Below are positions 1 through 17,396 of a stretch of 64,000 nucleotides of DNA, in pieces. The notes beneath the pieces are model-generated. The model saw only the letters and a list, made by a program, of their open reading frames with translations, searched no databases and was not told where the DNA came from. A program made the translations under genes and the position numbers. Where the stretch lies: assembly GCF_009914755.1 (NCBI RefSeq), contig NC_060936.1; one strand, written 5' to 3'. Position 1 is the stretch's first letter. Every line of letters begins with the position of its first letter. This stretch comes from the human T2T-CHM13v2.0 reference genome, Homo sapiens.

Positions 1-677
1 TCCCCACAATAGGCCTCCCTCACTTCTAATACCAACTGCAAGTTCAGAGGATTCCTAGAATGACCCTCGAGTTAGACAACTTGCTAGAAAGACTCACAGA
101 ATTTACTGAATGCAATTTTCCTTACGGTTATGGCTTATGATTAGGAAAGATACAGATTAAAATCAGTTAAAGGAAGAAGCATTAGGGCAGATTCTGAGGC
201 AGTACCAAATGTGGAGTTTGCATTGTCTTTGCTCTGTAGAGTCAGGACACATTCCTTTCCTGAAAATATGAAATTGAAAAGTGGCAATATGCATAGAGTA
301 TTGACAACCAGGGAAGTTTGCCTGAGCCTCTGTGCCCAGACCTCTCACTGGGGCTCCATCACATAGACATGATTGATTGATTGTCCATATGATTAATTTC
401 TGTCTCCAGGTCAGCTCGTACCATGTGACCCAAAGCCCCCACCTTAAGTCACATTTTTACTGTCTGGCTTAGCCAAAGGTCTCCATCCTAAATCACATTT
501 TTATTATCTGGTGTTACCAGCCTCACGCTGAGATATAGACTGTGAGATCCAAGGCCCCCACGCAAACAAAGACACTTCTATCAGGCATGACAGTCTGAAA
601 ATTTAGAGATTACCTTACAAAAACAAAGGACAAAGGCCAGATGTCTCTTTGAACAAGGGTAAATACTTTCCTACACA
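1..677 (-). mobile_element. LTR fragment, MER77/MER21-group; runs off the window start
   Basis: The reverse complement begins TGTGTAGGAAAGTATTTACCCTTGTTCAAAGAGACATCTGGCC, resembling my recollection of the MER77 5' end. Family not verified. Confidence 0.55.
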
Positions 678-736
678 CCTATGACCTGCATGTAATCCCC
701 TCCTCAAGTGTCTCTACTTTCTTTCAGAAACTACAT

Positions 737-927
737 CAAGCTTGCCTAACCCGTGGCCCAGGACAGCTTTGGATGCGACCCAACACAAATTCGTAAGCTT
801 TCTTAAAACATTATGAGTTTTTTTTTTTTAAAGCTCATCACCTATTGTTAGTGTTTGTGAATTTATGTATGGCCCAAGACAATTCTTCCAGTGTGGCCCA
901 GGGAAGCCCAAAGATTGGATACCTCTG
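737..927 (-). mobile_element. MER30 hAT-Charlie DNA transposon
   Basis: CAAGCTTG...GGCCCAAGACAATTCTTCCAGTGTGGCCCAGGGAAGCCCAAAGATTGGATACCTCTG matches the reverse complement of the MER30 consensus. Confidence 0.8.
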
Positions 928-1917
928 CTCTATACCTACCTACAAGGTAAAATATTATCACCTGATTCCTTTTCTTATGATTTAAACTAGAGGAAAGCCT
1001 TAGTTTTAGATTTCTTCTGCCCAATCCTGACAGACTAGGGTGGTAGTCAAGGTGAGAAATGACTCTAATACCCAATATAGACAGGTATATATTTCTTTAA
1101 TTCTATATAGCTGAAGCCATTTTTTTCATAATTTCTTCTTTCTGCTCAGTAATAGAACAAAACGCACAAAAAATATTAACAATGACTGCAACAACAAAAT
1201 TGCTTTATTTTTTCTCCTTTAGGTTACTCAGTTTATGGTTTAAAAGTTTCATTTGCATAATTATTCAGTCAATTTAAGACATAAATTTACTTAACTCAAA
1301 CTTAAAATGTCCTTTCAGGGCTGCCCTCTTTTTTTAATGGTTGTCCCTGCCCCATCTTCCTCCCTGGATGATGTTTGGGTATTGTGGGAAACCTGGTGAA
1401 AGAAGTAGAAAGACATCTGGTTTACCTGCTCTTTACTAAACCACACTGACTCTCATCAAGATAACCCATTCCAATTTGTTTTAGGGTAAGTCCCTTTATC
1501 CTCACTGTACTCATTGATGATATAAGTTCAGCACAGGTAGTTTAAGATGATCAGGAAAACTAAAGACTTTGAATAAAGTGGGCATGAGAAAGTCAAGAAA
1601 TTCCTCCCAATGAGAGCAATTATAAAAATCAAACAAGGTTATTTAAAACAACAAGTTGAAAGGCCTGGAAAATAACCTAAATTGTGTTAAAAAATATTTG
1701 TTTAATACAAAAAAGGCAGGAAAGAAGAAACAAAGTGAAAAATGAGATAAGACAAGTAGAAAACAATTTTTTAAATGGCAGACCAAATCCAATCATTTCA
1801 ATAATTACCTTAAATGTGAATGGACTGTGCACTTCAAAATCAGAGAGTACCAGACTGGATAAAAAACAAAAGTTACATTTTAAATATACATAACCAGATT
1901 TAAAGTAAGTAAAAGAA

Positions 1918-2217
1918 GGCCAAGCGCAGTGACTCATGCCTGTAATCCCAGCACTTTGGGAGGCTGACGGGAGCAGATCACTGGAGGTCAGGAGTTTGAG
2001 ACCAGACTGGCCAACATGGTGAAATCCCATCTCTACTAAAAATATAAAAATTAGCCAGGCATTTTGGTGCATGCCTGTAGTCCCAGCTACTTGGGAGGCT
2101 GTGGCAGGAGACTTGCTTTAACCTGGGATGTGGAGGTTACAGTTAGCCAAGATCACTCCACTGCACTTCAGGCTGGGTGACAGAATGATACTTCATCTCA
2201 AAAAAAAAAAAAATAGA
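1918..2217 (+). mobile_element. Full-length Alu (S-like)
   Basis: Dimeric Alu with an A tail. 16-bp TSD AAAGTAAGTAAAAGAA at 1902-1917 and 2218-2233. Confidence 0.95.
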
Positions 2218-2282
2218 AAAGTAAGTAAAAGAATAGAAAAATATATACCATGTAGATAATAATTATAAGAAAACTAGAATGG

Positions 2283-2350
2283 TTAAATTAACATTATATA
2301 TATAAATTATATTATATATATTATATATAAATTAACATTATATATAAAAT
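2283..2350. repeat. AT-rich low-complexity/TA tandem tract
   Basis: AAATTAACATTATATATA occurs twice, separated by TA-rich sequence. Confidence 0.7.
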
Positions 2351-3338
2351 TTGTATAAGAATATTCTGGAGACAAAGAGATGTATTGCATAAGAATGTAT
2401 TCATCAGGAAGACATAAAACTTATATATTCACATTTTCCTAGTGACAGAGTGCCAAAATGCCCTGAGAGAACCAAAAGAACAAATAGACAAATCCACAAC
2501 TATAGTTTGAGATTTCAATACTCCTTTCTCAAAAATTTATGGAACTAGATAGAAGACAGTAAGGATATAGACTTGAACAATACTAGCAACCAACTAGATT
2601 TAATTGATCTTTATAGGACACTTCATCTAACATCTGATGAATATACATTATTTTCAAGTGTACATGTAGCATTCACCAAAATACATCATATTCTAGGACA
2701 TAAAATAAGCGTCAATAAACTTAAAGGGATTGAAATCATATAGTATACATTCTCTGACTATATGAAATTAGAAACCAATAACACAACTATGTGAAAAATC
2801 CCTAAATATTTGGAAATTAAAGACTATAATTCTAAATAGCCCATAGGTAAAAGAAATCACAAGAAAAATTAAAGATATTTTTAACTGAAAGAAAATAAAA
2901 ATACAACAAGTCAAAATTTATAGGATACATCTAAGGAGGTGCTTAGAGAAAAAATTTATAGCTTTAAATGCACATATTAGAAAAATCAGAAAGCTAGCAT
3001 CAACGACCAAAGCTTCCACTTTACGAAGGTACAAAAAAGGAGTAAAAAATAACAAAAATGGAAGGAAAACATAATAAATGAATAAAAGAGTAGATATTAA
3101 TGAAATATAAAATGACCAAGAAAAAAATCAATGAAACAAAAATCTAGTGCTCTGAAAAGATAAATAAAATGTGTAAATCTTTAACTATACTGATCAATAA
3201 ATAAAGAGAAGTTACAAATTTTCAACATTAGGAATAAAAGACATGGCATCACTATAGACTTTACAGCTATCAAAAGGATAATAAGATGATATTGTAACAC
3301 TTTTATGCAAATTAACTTGACGACATAGATAAAAATGA

Positions 3339-6300
3339 CTAGAACTTTTAGTAATATGTAGAATAGAAGTGGCAAGAAGGGACATCTGTACCTTGTTCCT
3401 GATTTTAGAGCAGGGGTCCCCAAACCCGAGGCCATTGACTGGCATAGGTCTGTGGCCTGTTAGGAACCAGGCTGCATAGCCGGAGGTGAGTGTATTTACC
3501 ACCACTCTCTATTGTTCACATTACCACCTGAGCTCCGCCTCCTGTCAGATCAGTGGCAGTAATAGATTCTCATAGGATCACAAACCCTATTGTGAACTGT
3601 GCACGTGAGGGATCTAGGTTGCATACTCCTTATGAGACTCTAAAGTCTGATGATCTGTCACTGTCTACTATCACCCCCAGATGGGACCATCTGGTTGCAC
3701 GAAAACAAGCTCAGGGGTCCTACTGATTCTACATTATGGTGAGTTGTATAATTATTTCATTATATATTACAATGTAATAATAATAGAAATAAAGTGCACT
3801 ATCAGTGTAATGCACTTGAATATCCTGAAACCATCCCTCTCGCCCTGATCCAAGCAAAAATTGTCTTCCACGAAACCAGTCCCTGGTGCCAAAAAGGTTG
3901 CAGACCACTGTTTTAAAGGATCAAGAACTATTAAGTTCACCATTGAGTATGATATTAGCTGTGGCCTTTTATATATGGCCTTTAATATGTTGAAGTGTGT
4001 TTCTGTACCTAATTTTTTGAGAGTTTTTCTCATAAAAGGAAGTCGAATTTTGTCAAACACTTTTTCTGTGTCTATTGAAATTATCATGTGATTTTATGCT
4101 TTACTCTGTTTATATGCTTTATCACAATAGTTGATTTTTATATGTTGAGCCATCCTGCATCCCAGCTATATATCCCACCTGATCATGATGTATTATCCTT
4201 TCAATGTGCTATTGACTTCAGTTAGCTACTATTTTATTGGGAATTTTTCATCTATGTTCATCAGGAATATTGGCCTGTAGTTTTCATTTCTTCTGGTATC
4301 TTTGTTTAGCTTTGGTATCAGAGTAATGCTGGCCTCATAAAATGAGTCTGGAAGTGTTCCTTCCCTCTTAAATTTTCTGAAAGTGTTTGAGAAGACTTGG
4401 CATTAATTCTTCTTTAAATGTTTGCGAGAATCCACATGTAAATGCATCTTTTCCTGAGCTTTTCTGTGTTGAGAAGTTTTTGATTACTGATTCAATGTCC
4501 ATTCTAGTACAGATCTGTTCAGACTTTGTATTTCTTCATGATTTAGTCTTAGTAGGTTGTTTGTTTCTTCTAGGTTATCCAGTTTATTGGTGTGTAATTG
4601 TTCATAGTAGTCTCTTATGATCCTTTTTTTACGTAGTCTCAGTTGAAATGTCTCCTCTTTCATTTCTGACTTGAGCCTTTTCTCTTTTTTTCTTAATTAG
4701 TCTAAAAATTTGTCAAATTGTTTTTTCAAAAAACCAACTCTTCACTTTGCTAATTTTTTCTGTTTTTCTTTTTTCTATTTTATTCATGCCCTAATCATTA
4801 TTTCCTTTCTTCTGTTAACTTTGCACTTAGTTTGTTCTTCTTTTTCTAGCTCTTTGAGGTGGAAAAGTTTTTAATTAAGAGCTTTCTTTTTCTTTTAATT
4901 TAGATATTCATCACTATAAATTTCCCTCTTAGAATTTCTTTTGCTAGATCTCAGAAGATTTGTTACATTATGTTTTTGTTTTCACTCGTGTCAAGGTATT
5001 TTCTAATTTCTTTTATTTCTTTTTTGACCTAATGGTTGGTTAAGAATGTGTTGTTTAATTTCCACGTTTTCCTTCTGCTATTGAATTTTAGCTTCATTCC
5101 ATTGTAGTTAGTAAAGATACTTGATATGATTTCAATCTTCTTATATTTATTAAGACTTATTTTGTGACCTAACGTGCTAGATCTATCCTAGAGAAAGTTT
5201 CATATGTATTTGGAAAAATTGTGTACTCTGCTGTTTTGGGATGAACTGTTCTGCATACGACTGTTAGGGTTATTTGGTTAATAATGTTCAAATCCTCTGT
5301 TTTTTTATTGGTCTTCTGTCTGGATATTCTATCCATTATTAAAGTGTGATATTGAGGTCTCTTACTATTATTGTATTGTTGTTTATTTCTCCCTTCAGTT
5401 ACTTTAATGTTCACTTTTTTATATAGTCTGATATTGAGTGCATATATATTTATAATTGCTATTTTTTTCCTGGTGGGTGGACTCTTTTATTATTACATAA
5501 TGTTCTTCTTTGTATCTTGTGACAGTTTTCACTTAAAGTCTATTTTTTCTGATATAAGTGCAGCCACGTATTGCCTCTTTTGCTTACCATTTGCATGGAA
5601 TACAGTATTCTGTGTTTGTGTGTATATTTATTTTTACAAACCAATTTCATATTTTCTTATCTTATTATGTTGCTATTTAACATTTTTTATTTCATCTTGG
5701 AGAGTTCCCTTTAACATTTCTTATAATATCGGACTAGTCATGATAAACTTCCTCAGCTTTTGTTTGAAAGATAGTTTTGGCACATATAGTATTCTTGGTT
5801 GGCAGTTGTCTTTCAGAAATTTGTATTTATCATCCCCCTTCTAGTCTGCAAGGATTTTGCTGTAAAATTTTCTAATAGTCTTATAGATATTCTCTTGTAT
5901 GTAAGAAGTAATTTTCTTTTTGCTGCTTTCAAAATTCTCTCTTTATCTTTGACTTTTGACAATTTGATTATAATGTGGCTTGGTGTACATTTCTTTGGGT
6001 TTACATTATTTGGTGTTTTTTGAACTTCTTAGATATGATGTCTATTTCCTTCCCCATATTTTGGAAGAAATCAGTCCAGCCAGAGATTTTGGAGGCTTCT
6101 AACAATTCTTTCCCTTCCCAAAGAGAAGCAGGAACTATGGGTTTTTGTCTGTTTACTCTGTGCAGAGCTGAGGGGTGGGGACCTATGGTGTCTACTAGTC
6201 CATGCTACTGTCTTCATTCTCTCCCGGGTGGCTACACTATGCTGGACCTGCGAAAGCTCCAAGACTGGTAAATCTGATGATATTTCTTTGGGAAGCCCAG

Positions 6301-6830
6301 AGAAGCTGGGGCATTGGATGTGCAGATTAAATCTTTTCCTCTTCAGGGGGATGGTGGGAGCTGGGATATTTTCTATCCACTCACTTTTTGCTGATTAAGG
6401 GAGAAGATCTATGGTATCTACCAGCCCAGTGTGTCACCATTTCCATTCTTCCTCAAGCAGATAGACTGGGCTGGTCCTGTCAGAGCTCCACTAATGGAAA
6501 GACAGAAGCCAGTCCTTGGGGACCCTCCTCAGAAAAGTTGAAGCTCTGTGCATATAAACTAGTCACTTTCACCCCTAGGAGAAGTTGAGAGCTAGAGATT
6601 CTCCTCTTGATTGTATGGTGCCATTGCTGGGGTTTTGGGTTCTGGCAAGAAGATGTTCTGAATCTCCCTTTTAGTATTGGTGAGTCTGGTTTCCCACTCA
6701 CCTCATGTACAGAAGCCTGTCAGTTATTTTCTGGCTTTCTCACAAAATAATTTATTCATGAATTTTTGCTGAATCAGTGTGTTTATGAGGAGGGGGACCC
6801 AGGACTTCTTCTTCTGCCATCTTTCTTTAG
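3339..6830 (-). mobile_element. Old L1M element (5' UTR, ORF1 remnant and ORF2 up to the RT region), internally deleted and lacking its 3' half
   Basis: Minus-strand ORFs contain L1 ORF2 motifs: [14 protein letters not shown] (3767..4087), RYRCPFLPLLFYILLKVL, and RTVHPKTAEYTIF. The 5' end resembles AAGATGGCAG near 6820. Confidence 0.85.
3411..3910 (+). mobile_element. MER1A hAT-Charlie DNA transposon nested in L1M
   Basis: Termini are CAGGGGTCCCCAAAC and AAAAAGGTTGCAGACCACTG. 8-bp TSD TTTTAGAG (3403-3410) / TTTTAAAG (3911-3918). Confidence 0.9.
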
Positions 6831-7715
6831 TTCTTAATCCAAGGCTATATCTGACCTTTACCTTTTTCCTTCTCCAGAAACGAGAAATGCCACTGATTTA
6901 CTAGATGAAATGAGAGTGGCAAAGCAACTAAAATGTTGTCAGTAAATAAATTATGTTAGCTATAACTTCCCAGGCATTAAATTATTTTGCTCTCTATTCT
7001 CATGTTACAGTTTTGGATTTTTCTTTAGGATTATATGCACCTACCACTACAACCATCATCATTATTTTGCTGAGAATAATTTGACTTCCATTTCCTGCCT
7101 GAGGCCTGGATGTATTAAAATAGGAACTATATTTGCTGTTAAAGTTTGTTCTGGTATTTTGGTGAAATCAGAAATTCTGCCATTTCCAATGCACCAACTC
7201 TGATTACATTCTTTTAAGTCTGGTGTGCTTTTAACAGAAGGAGAGAAAGAGGATGTTTTTTTCAATTTACCTTGTCACAGTTATATTGACTGTTTTCCAT
7301 TTCCTCTAGGAAGCCATGAAATTAGTGCAAGTAATCTATGAATTCATATACTAGTCAGAGCATTTATTATAGGCTAAGCAGAATGTCTCATGTATATGTA
7401 AGCCTCTGTCTTTCAGTTGCATGTAGATTTTACTACAATTGGCAAAATACCAATAATTGAAAGTACTACTGAATTCATAGAAGCTATTTGTCATACATTT
7501 TCCAAACTAATGAATAATAGAACTATAATTACTGTAATATGAGATTTCATTATTTTGTTGTTGCTATTATTAATAAAGTCATTCTTATAAATGAAAGTTT
7601 GGGTACCCTAATCTATTCTCATTGCTTTATCTACCTTAAGAAGCAATTTTAGATTGGAACGTCTCCTTTATTAAAGAATCTTTTCAGTTCTGCATGTTAT
7701 TCCAGTCTAAATCTT

Positions 7716-9744
<2,029 letters not shown>

Positions 9745-10002
9745 TCCAGTCTAAATCTTAATTCCAGCAGCATGACCCCCTAGTCTGCTCTGGCAATCAG
9801 AGCATTGCAATCTTGGAAGTTTTATTGCCTGTAAGGAATTCGAGGAGAGGCATACAATTTTTTACCACATTCCCAGCCAGGAATAGTTATTTTACTCAAA
9901 CAACTTATTGTAATGGGAGTGTACTTTTCGTATCTGCCCATTTTGACCACCAGAACCTTTTTGTAGAGTACCATTTTTTAATTATAAAAATGACACATTA
10001 GG

Positions 10003-11360
<1,358 letters not shown>

Positions 11361-11950
11361 ACAATACATTAGGTACATTTTCACACCTTACTATGGAAAA
11401 CATAATTTTACTGCCTGCACAACACCTTTTTTGCTGTATGACTAGATTTAATAAATTTTACTGCTTATAAAAATACATATCCTGGTATATGATTTTTTTA
11501 ATATAACATTGTGCTAAATTTACTCAAAGAGTATAATAAACATGTTTATGGCTCTTAATACATATTCCTAATTTGCTTTCCAGAATATGTTGCTTATTTA
11601 AACTCCCACTAGGAGCTAAACTTCTACTGTGAATTTCACCTCCTCTTTACCAAAACTGATGATTTTTATTTTAAAAAATTGTTGATAGTTTGGTAAAATT
11701 TATTATTAGAAAGGTGGAACTTTTTATATTTTATTATCTATTTGCATTTCTTCTTCTGAGAATTGTCATTTCTTATTCCTTTTAGCATTAGAACTTGGTT
11801 TTCTTTAGAGCCTTTTATTTTTATAGTGTTCCTTGTTTTGCTCAATTTGCAGCTAATCTTCTGTGTCCTTGCACTAAAACTATCAATTTTATCTCAATTG
11901 CAGAGGTTCTCTAACCCTTCGACTATAACTTTTCAGAGTTAACATATTAG

Positions 11951-12415
<465 letters not shown>

Positions 12416-12834
12416 GATATGTTCAAATTTATACCATCTCTTGTGAGATGCACAGTGGTAGGACGTGAAGGTTGTTAAGCCATCCTAGGTTTAGGTCAGA
12501 AGGCGGACTTCCTTCTACAGATAAGCCATCAATTCTTTGATACCATCCCACGCTATTAAACACATCCTCTAAGACAGCCACTTGAGGTTGTACTGTATTG
12601 TTTCATCATACACTTCCAATGGTAGTCTGTAAAACTGACCACCAAATGTCTAGTCACTGCCATACCAACTTCTACATTACAGAAAGAAACAATTTGGCAA
12701 TGAAAACGACTTAAAGGGCACATCATCTCTACTTCTGAATCATCTGACTTCTTTCCACAGGCAATAAAATTAAATACTCAAACTAGGAAATGTATTTTTT
12801 AAACTAGTAAAAAGATATCACAGAAAGAATGAGG

Positions 12835-13187
12835 GCAATGGGCTGGTGTCCTGGCCAGGGTTGGTTCTCAGCCCTGTGCTGCTGGAAGAGGCTCTGGCCA
12901 CCTGCAACCCTGAATTGGAATAATTGAGTAAATAATTATCTTATTTATGTTTATTAATCTCTCTTAAATGTATATATATCTCAAATTTATTTTAATGTTT
13001 AATATTAGATGTGTTTTAGTTTTTATTTAGAAACTTGGTGATGTTTTTGTGACCAGAAATATGCTGTAGGAACTTAGCTCTTTTTATATCAATTAGCCTG
13101 TAGTAAAATTGGTTTCATTAATGATCATTTTTGCTTAAAGTAGCAGTTTCCAAGAACTCATCCACAATGTTAAGTGAGGACCTAGTG
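12835..13187 (+). mobile_element. MER6/MER6A TcMar-Tigger, 3' portion
   Basis: GACCAGAAATATGCTGTAGGAACTT...AAGTGAGGACCTAGTG followed by TA matches the recalled MER6 3' end. Confidence 0.8.
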
Positions 13188-13404
13188 TACTTCAGCCAAA
13201 CAGAATAAGTCAGGACCTCAATGCCCTTTTCAATTGCCTGCAATTGGCCAGATGTAGGCATGAAAGCGTTGATCCAAGTAGAAAAAAATCGGGAAGATCT
13301 GAGGATCAGGATGGATACAACCACCCATGAGCTAAAGAGACAAAGTAATTTGTCATGCTGCTCTCAGCCAGGACACTGCCTTCAGCCAGGTTTGACCCTT
13401 TAAA

Positions 13405-13596
13405 GCAGCAGTTCCTACCCACACTGTGTCCATCAGAATTACCTGAAAGATTTGGTAATATGCAAGTTCTCAGGAGCTACTTTGAGAGTTTTTAATTCAG
13501 TGGGTGATTCAAATGGAGCTCAGAATCTTCATTTCAACATGTAACTGATTTTTTTAATGAGATGGTTTGAGAAACACTCTTTAAGAAACACCACTT
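13405..13596. mobile_element. MER5-like hAT-Charlie relic
   Basis: CAGCAGTTCC...CATCAGAATTACCTG...AGAAACACCACT has the degenerate MER5 layout. Confidence 0.5.
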
Positions 13597-13614
13597 TTAA
13601 AAGTAACTGTTCTT

Positions 13615-14940
13615 GGGAATTCCAGTTGTACCAAAATCTGCCAAGTGTCTCAACAACATGTACTCAAAAGTTCATCCTTACCTCACTGATCTGAGCTTCC
13701 ATCTTTATTATATACCAAATTTCTACATGTATTTGGGTCTATCCATGGATTTTCTAGTCTCTTATCTAGACCATTCTATTTACATGCCACACTGTGGTAA
13801 TCACGGAAGCTTTAAAATATGTTTTAGTATCTGATAACGTCATTACTCTTCTTTCCAAGATATTTCTTGGCTAATTTTTCTTTTGTCCTTTTTTTCATAG
13901 TAACTTTAGAATCTACATGTTCTTTCATGCTTCATTCCTTCCCTTCTTCTCTCTCTTCTTCCCTTCTTTCTCTTTTCATCCATCACTAGCAATGTGCTAA
14001 TCTTCTTGGCCTCATGCTAATATTAGCCAAGTTATAATTCAATAAATGGAGAGAAGATAAATTTGAGAGGTCAACTATCCTATTTGTCAAGACAAATTTG
14101 ATTTGCTTAAGATCAGAAGAAAGGCAAATTAAAGGAATAAAACTATTAATATTTTAATAAAAGCACATTAATTGTATCAATTACTTTAGGAAGAATTGAA
14201 ATCTTTACAATTTTGAATATTTCTATCCAAGAAGTTAATGTCCTAAAAATCTTGTGTTTTTGTGCATGTGTATGTGTGTTCTTCAGGAATGTTTTAATGT
14301 ACTTCTCATAAAATTGTATTCATTTATTGTTAAATGTGTTCCTAAGTGTTTTATCATCTTGTTGCCATTGTAGGTGGTATATTCTTTTTTTGGATTTTTC
14401 AGTTATTTATCGCTTGGGTTTCTGAAGGACATTACTTTATGCATATTAATTTTACACCACAATTTGTTATTGAAGACTCATCACTTGTAGTACTTTTTTG
14501 TTGAATCTCAAGATTGTCAGTTTTGTAATCCAAATATCTAGAAATAGTAATAACTTTATCATTTCAAATTTCGTGACTAATTAATTCTATTGTCTAAATA
14601 GCATTGAATAATACTCCCTGTATAAAATATTAATATGTTAAGAAATTGTCCGTTTTATTAAGTGTTCTCATCAAGAATGAATATTGGACTTTGTTTAAAG
14701 GCATTTTTTAATCTATAAAAAGAATGCATATTTTTTCTTCTTGTATATCATATTTCTGCTTGTGATAAATATATTTCTTAATATTGAACTACATTTATAT
14801 ATTTCTGAAATAAGTCACATTAAAAAAATGATGTACTATCATTTTTTAAAAGGTAATGTTGAATTCTATTTGGTAATATTTTATTTAAGATTTTGTCTTA
14901 CATTTATAAATAAATTGCAATTTAATGTTTTAAAGTCCAG
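13615..14940 (-). mobile_element. Very old L1ME-type fragments
   Basis: T-rich decayed sequence with antisense L1 ORF2-like words (TTCCAGTTGTACCA, ATCTTTACAATTTTGAATATTTCTATCCAAGAA). Confidence 0.5.
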
Positions 14941-16537
14941 CCAAGTTTTAGAGTAATTTGACCCAGACCACACTTGGTTTCCTGCCCCTTCTGCTGAGTC
15001 TTATATCTTGGTTTACCAATCACTGAACCTAGCTCTTCTTTTTTTTTTGGTCAAAACATGAACTTGAATAAAGTAACTGCAAGAAAGTAGAGAGTCAGAA
15101 AAACATGATTCTTAAAAAATGACAAAGATAAAATCTTCCATTGAGACTTATCAACATTTTCACTCTGTAGAGGTATTATACTTTGTAGCATTTAAAATAT
15201 TTGTAACATTTCCAAGTTTTCAATTAAAAAATAAGGTAGGAAAAAAATGAGAAAATTAAAAATAAATAAATAAAATTAATTCACTGTTTAATTGAAAAAA
15301 AAATCATGAACGACTGGCCTAGACTTTGCCTCTTGACCATCTGAATTCTAGCTCTTACACATGTGTTTGGGGACCTTCATGCCTCTCCTTGCAGGGACTT
15401 CCTGGGTTTTGCCCCATTTGAATCATCATGTGACTGGTTTCTGTTTCAGGTTCCTGATCCCATTCAGACTAAATTCCAAACAATTTCCATTTGTTTCCTT
15501 CCCACTTTCTATGTTTAACTTACTCCTAGGACCATCTGATAAATCCTCAAGGACCAAATATTAATTACTTCTGCCGATAAACTCTAAACAACTGGTTCTT
15601 TACTGCCCCCTTGAGGGCCTTGGCCTCCACACATGCTGTGGCCTATTCTAGAGGTGCTTAGTCCTTGCCACCTGGCTTATTCTCTCCAGAACAAGGACTA
15701 AGGTACAAAGAATACAGTATGCTGAGAGCAGCGGAGAAGACAAAGATGACACCATTCCTGTCTTCAAAGGACGTAAAAACTAGATGAACAGAGGAGAAGT
15801 GAGGCTTGTGTGTGTTTAGGGTACAGGGGTTAGAAGGAGGGTGTTGTAAATCAGGCACAAGCATTAGTCAAAAATTAGCTATGAGTCTCAGGAGGCAAAG
15901 GGGTGGTTCAAATGACTCCTATAATAGTTGAGAAAGGGAAAACAGATGTCACTATGACAATGAGGGAAGACTTCATGGAGGACATGCTTCAGAGCTGCTC
16001 TGCAAAAGGTAACATCACATACATGGACCATGAGGAGGGAATCCCCTATGGGAAAACATGGCATGAGTGAAAGGATCAGCAGAAATAGGTGAAGATAGGA
16101 AGGGGATATTTTGGCTAGAATGAAGGATTTACATGGGGCAGCAGAATGAGAGAAAAGGCTAGAAAGATAGTTTTAATCCAGATTGTGGAGGAAATTACAT
16201 TTATCTCATCACTAATAGAAGGCTTTCCCTGAAAGCAGATTCTGTTAGTAGGCAAATAGAAAAGAGAATTACAGAGGGGAGTGCAAGAGAGAATCAGATA
16301 TAGAGGGAATACAGGTCTCAGAATACAAATACTGAGTGGTAGGAAGATGAATAAAAGAGAGAAAAAATGTCAGCCCTACGGCTTTTTCTATAGTCTCATC
16401 ATTCACATCCTACAGAGCACACAGGTTACATGCTACATGAAATAAGGCATTGTGATCAATACCTTTGGAGATATGTCCTGTGAAGTACAACAAGGACTCA
16501 AACCACACAAAGCCTCCAGAAGAACTGCTTTATGACT

Positions 16538-16540
<3 letters not shown>

Positions 16541-16580
<40 letters not shown>
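16541..16580. repeat. (TG)20 microsatellite
   Basis: Perfect 40-bp TG run. Confidence 0.98.
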
Positions 16581-16583
<3 letters not shown>

Positions 16584-16880
16584 AACTAGCAGTCCACAGG
16601 TGGGAGTTTTGTTATAAACAGTACAGATGTTGACTGTAGTTATCGCTTGAGCCTGTCATCAGTATATCACAGACATATCCCTGCCACCCAGAGATAGGTG
16701 ACTCTTGCCAGTGTTTGGCCATTGTGCATAGCAGCAAGAGTTTCTAAGCTGAGTTCAGTCCCTATATGGATCTTGTTATTCTACTAGATGTCCTGATGAG
16801 ATCACCAGTTTGTTGTTCAAAACAACAAAAAAAGCATAATAAAATTGTCAGTTAAATGAAAAAGCAGCATAATTAACTTG

Positions 16881-17396
16881 TGTAGTAATTATTTTTTTTT
16901 GCTACAATAACGAAGTACTCCAGAATGTAGTGGCTTACAGCAGCAATAAACATATATTATCTCATACGGTTTCTGTGGGCCAGGAATTCAGGAAAATATT
17001 TGCTTGGTGGTTCTAGCTAGGAGTCTCTCTTAAGGGTATAGTGAGGATGTTGGGCAGGGACATAAACATCTGAAGGCTTGGCTGAGCTGGAGGATCTACT
17101 TATTTACATGGCAGGTAAACAGGTGCTGGCTTGACAGGAGACTTTTCCACTGGGTTGCTTAACTTCCCTTATGACATTATGACTGGCTTAACCCAGAGTG
17201 AATGATCCACATCAAGAAAGAAGCCCCAATGTTTTGTTATGACCTAGCCTTGAAATCCTCACATTATAATTCCCATATTATCCTACTGGTTGCAAAGGTC
17301 AGCCTCATTTGGAGACAGTGAAAGGGGCCTATACAAGGACTTCCATGCAATGAGACAAGGCTCTTCAGGAAGTGTTTTGGAATCTGGTTACTATGA
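16881..17396 (-). mobile_element. MLT1 (ERVL-MaLR) solo LTR
   Basis: AGTGGCTTACAGCAGC...TTATCTCATACGGTTTCTGTGGGCCAGGAATTCAGG and TTATGACCTAGCCTTG are MLT1F/G/H-like antisense words. Confidence 0.75.

Larger units (their letters stand above)
1680..3338 (+). mobile_element. Old L1M fragment covering the 5' part of ORF2 (endonuclease), interrupted by an Alu
   Basis: ORF 1684..1893 contains ISIITLNVNGL, the N-terminal motif of the L1 ORF2 endonuclease. A-rich decayed L1 sequence continues to about 3338. Confidence 0.8.

Noticed and set aside
5371-5844. 157-aa hydrophobic, membrane-protein-like ORF
   Set aside because: Antisense reading of A-rich L1 sequence gives the Phe/Leu/Ile bias.
7285-7336. 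Possible 21-nt microexon (TTTCCTCTAG|GAAGCCATGAAATTAGTGCAA|GTAATC)
   Set aside because: The acceptor is good but the donor is weak, and there is no other coding exon in the window to support it.
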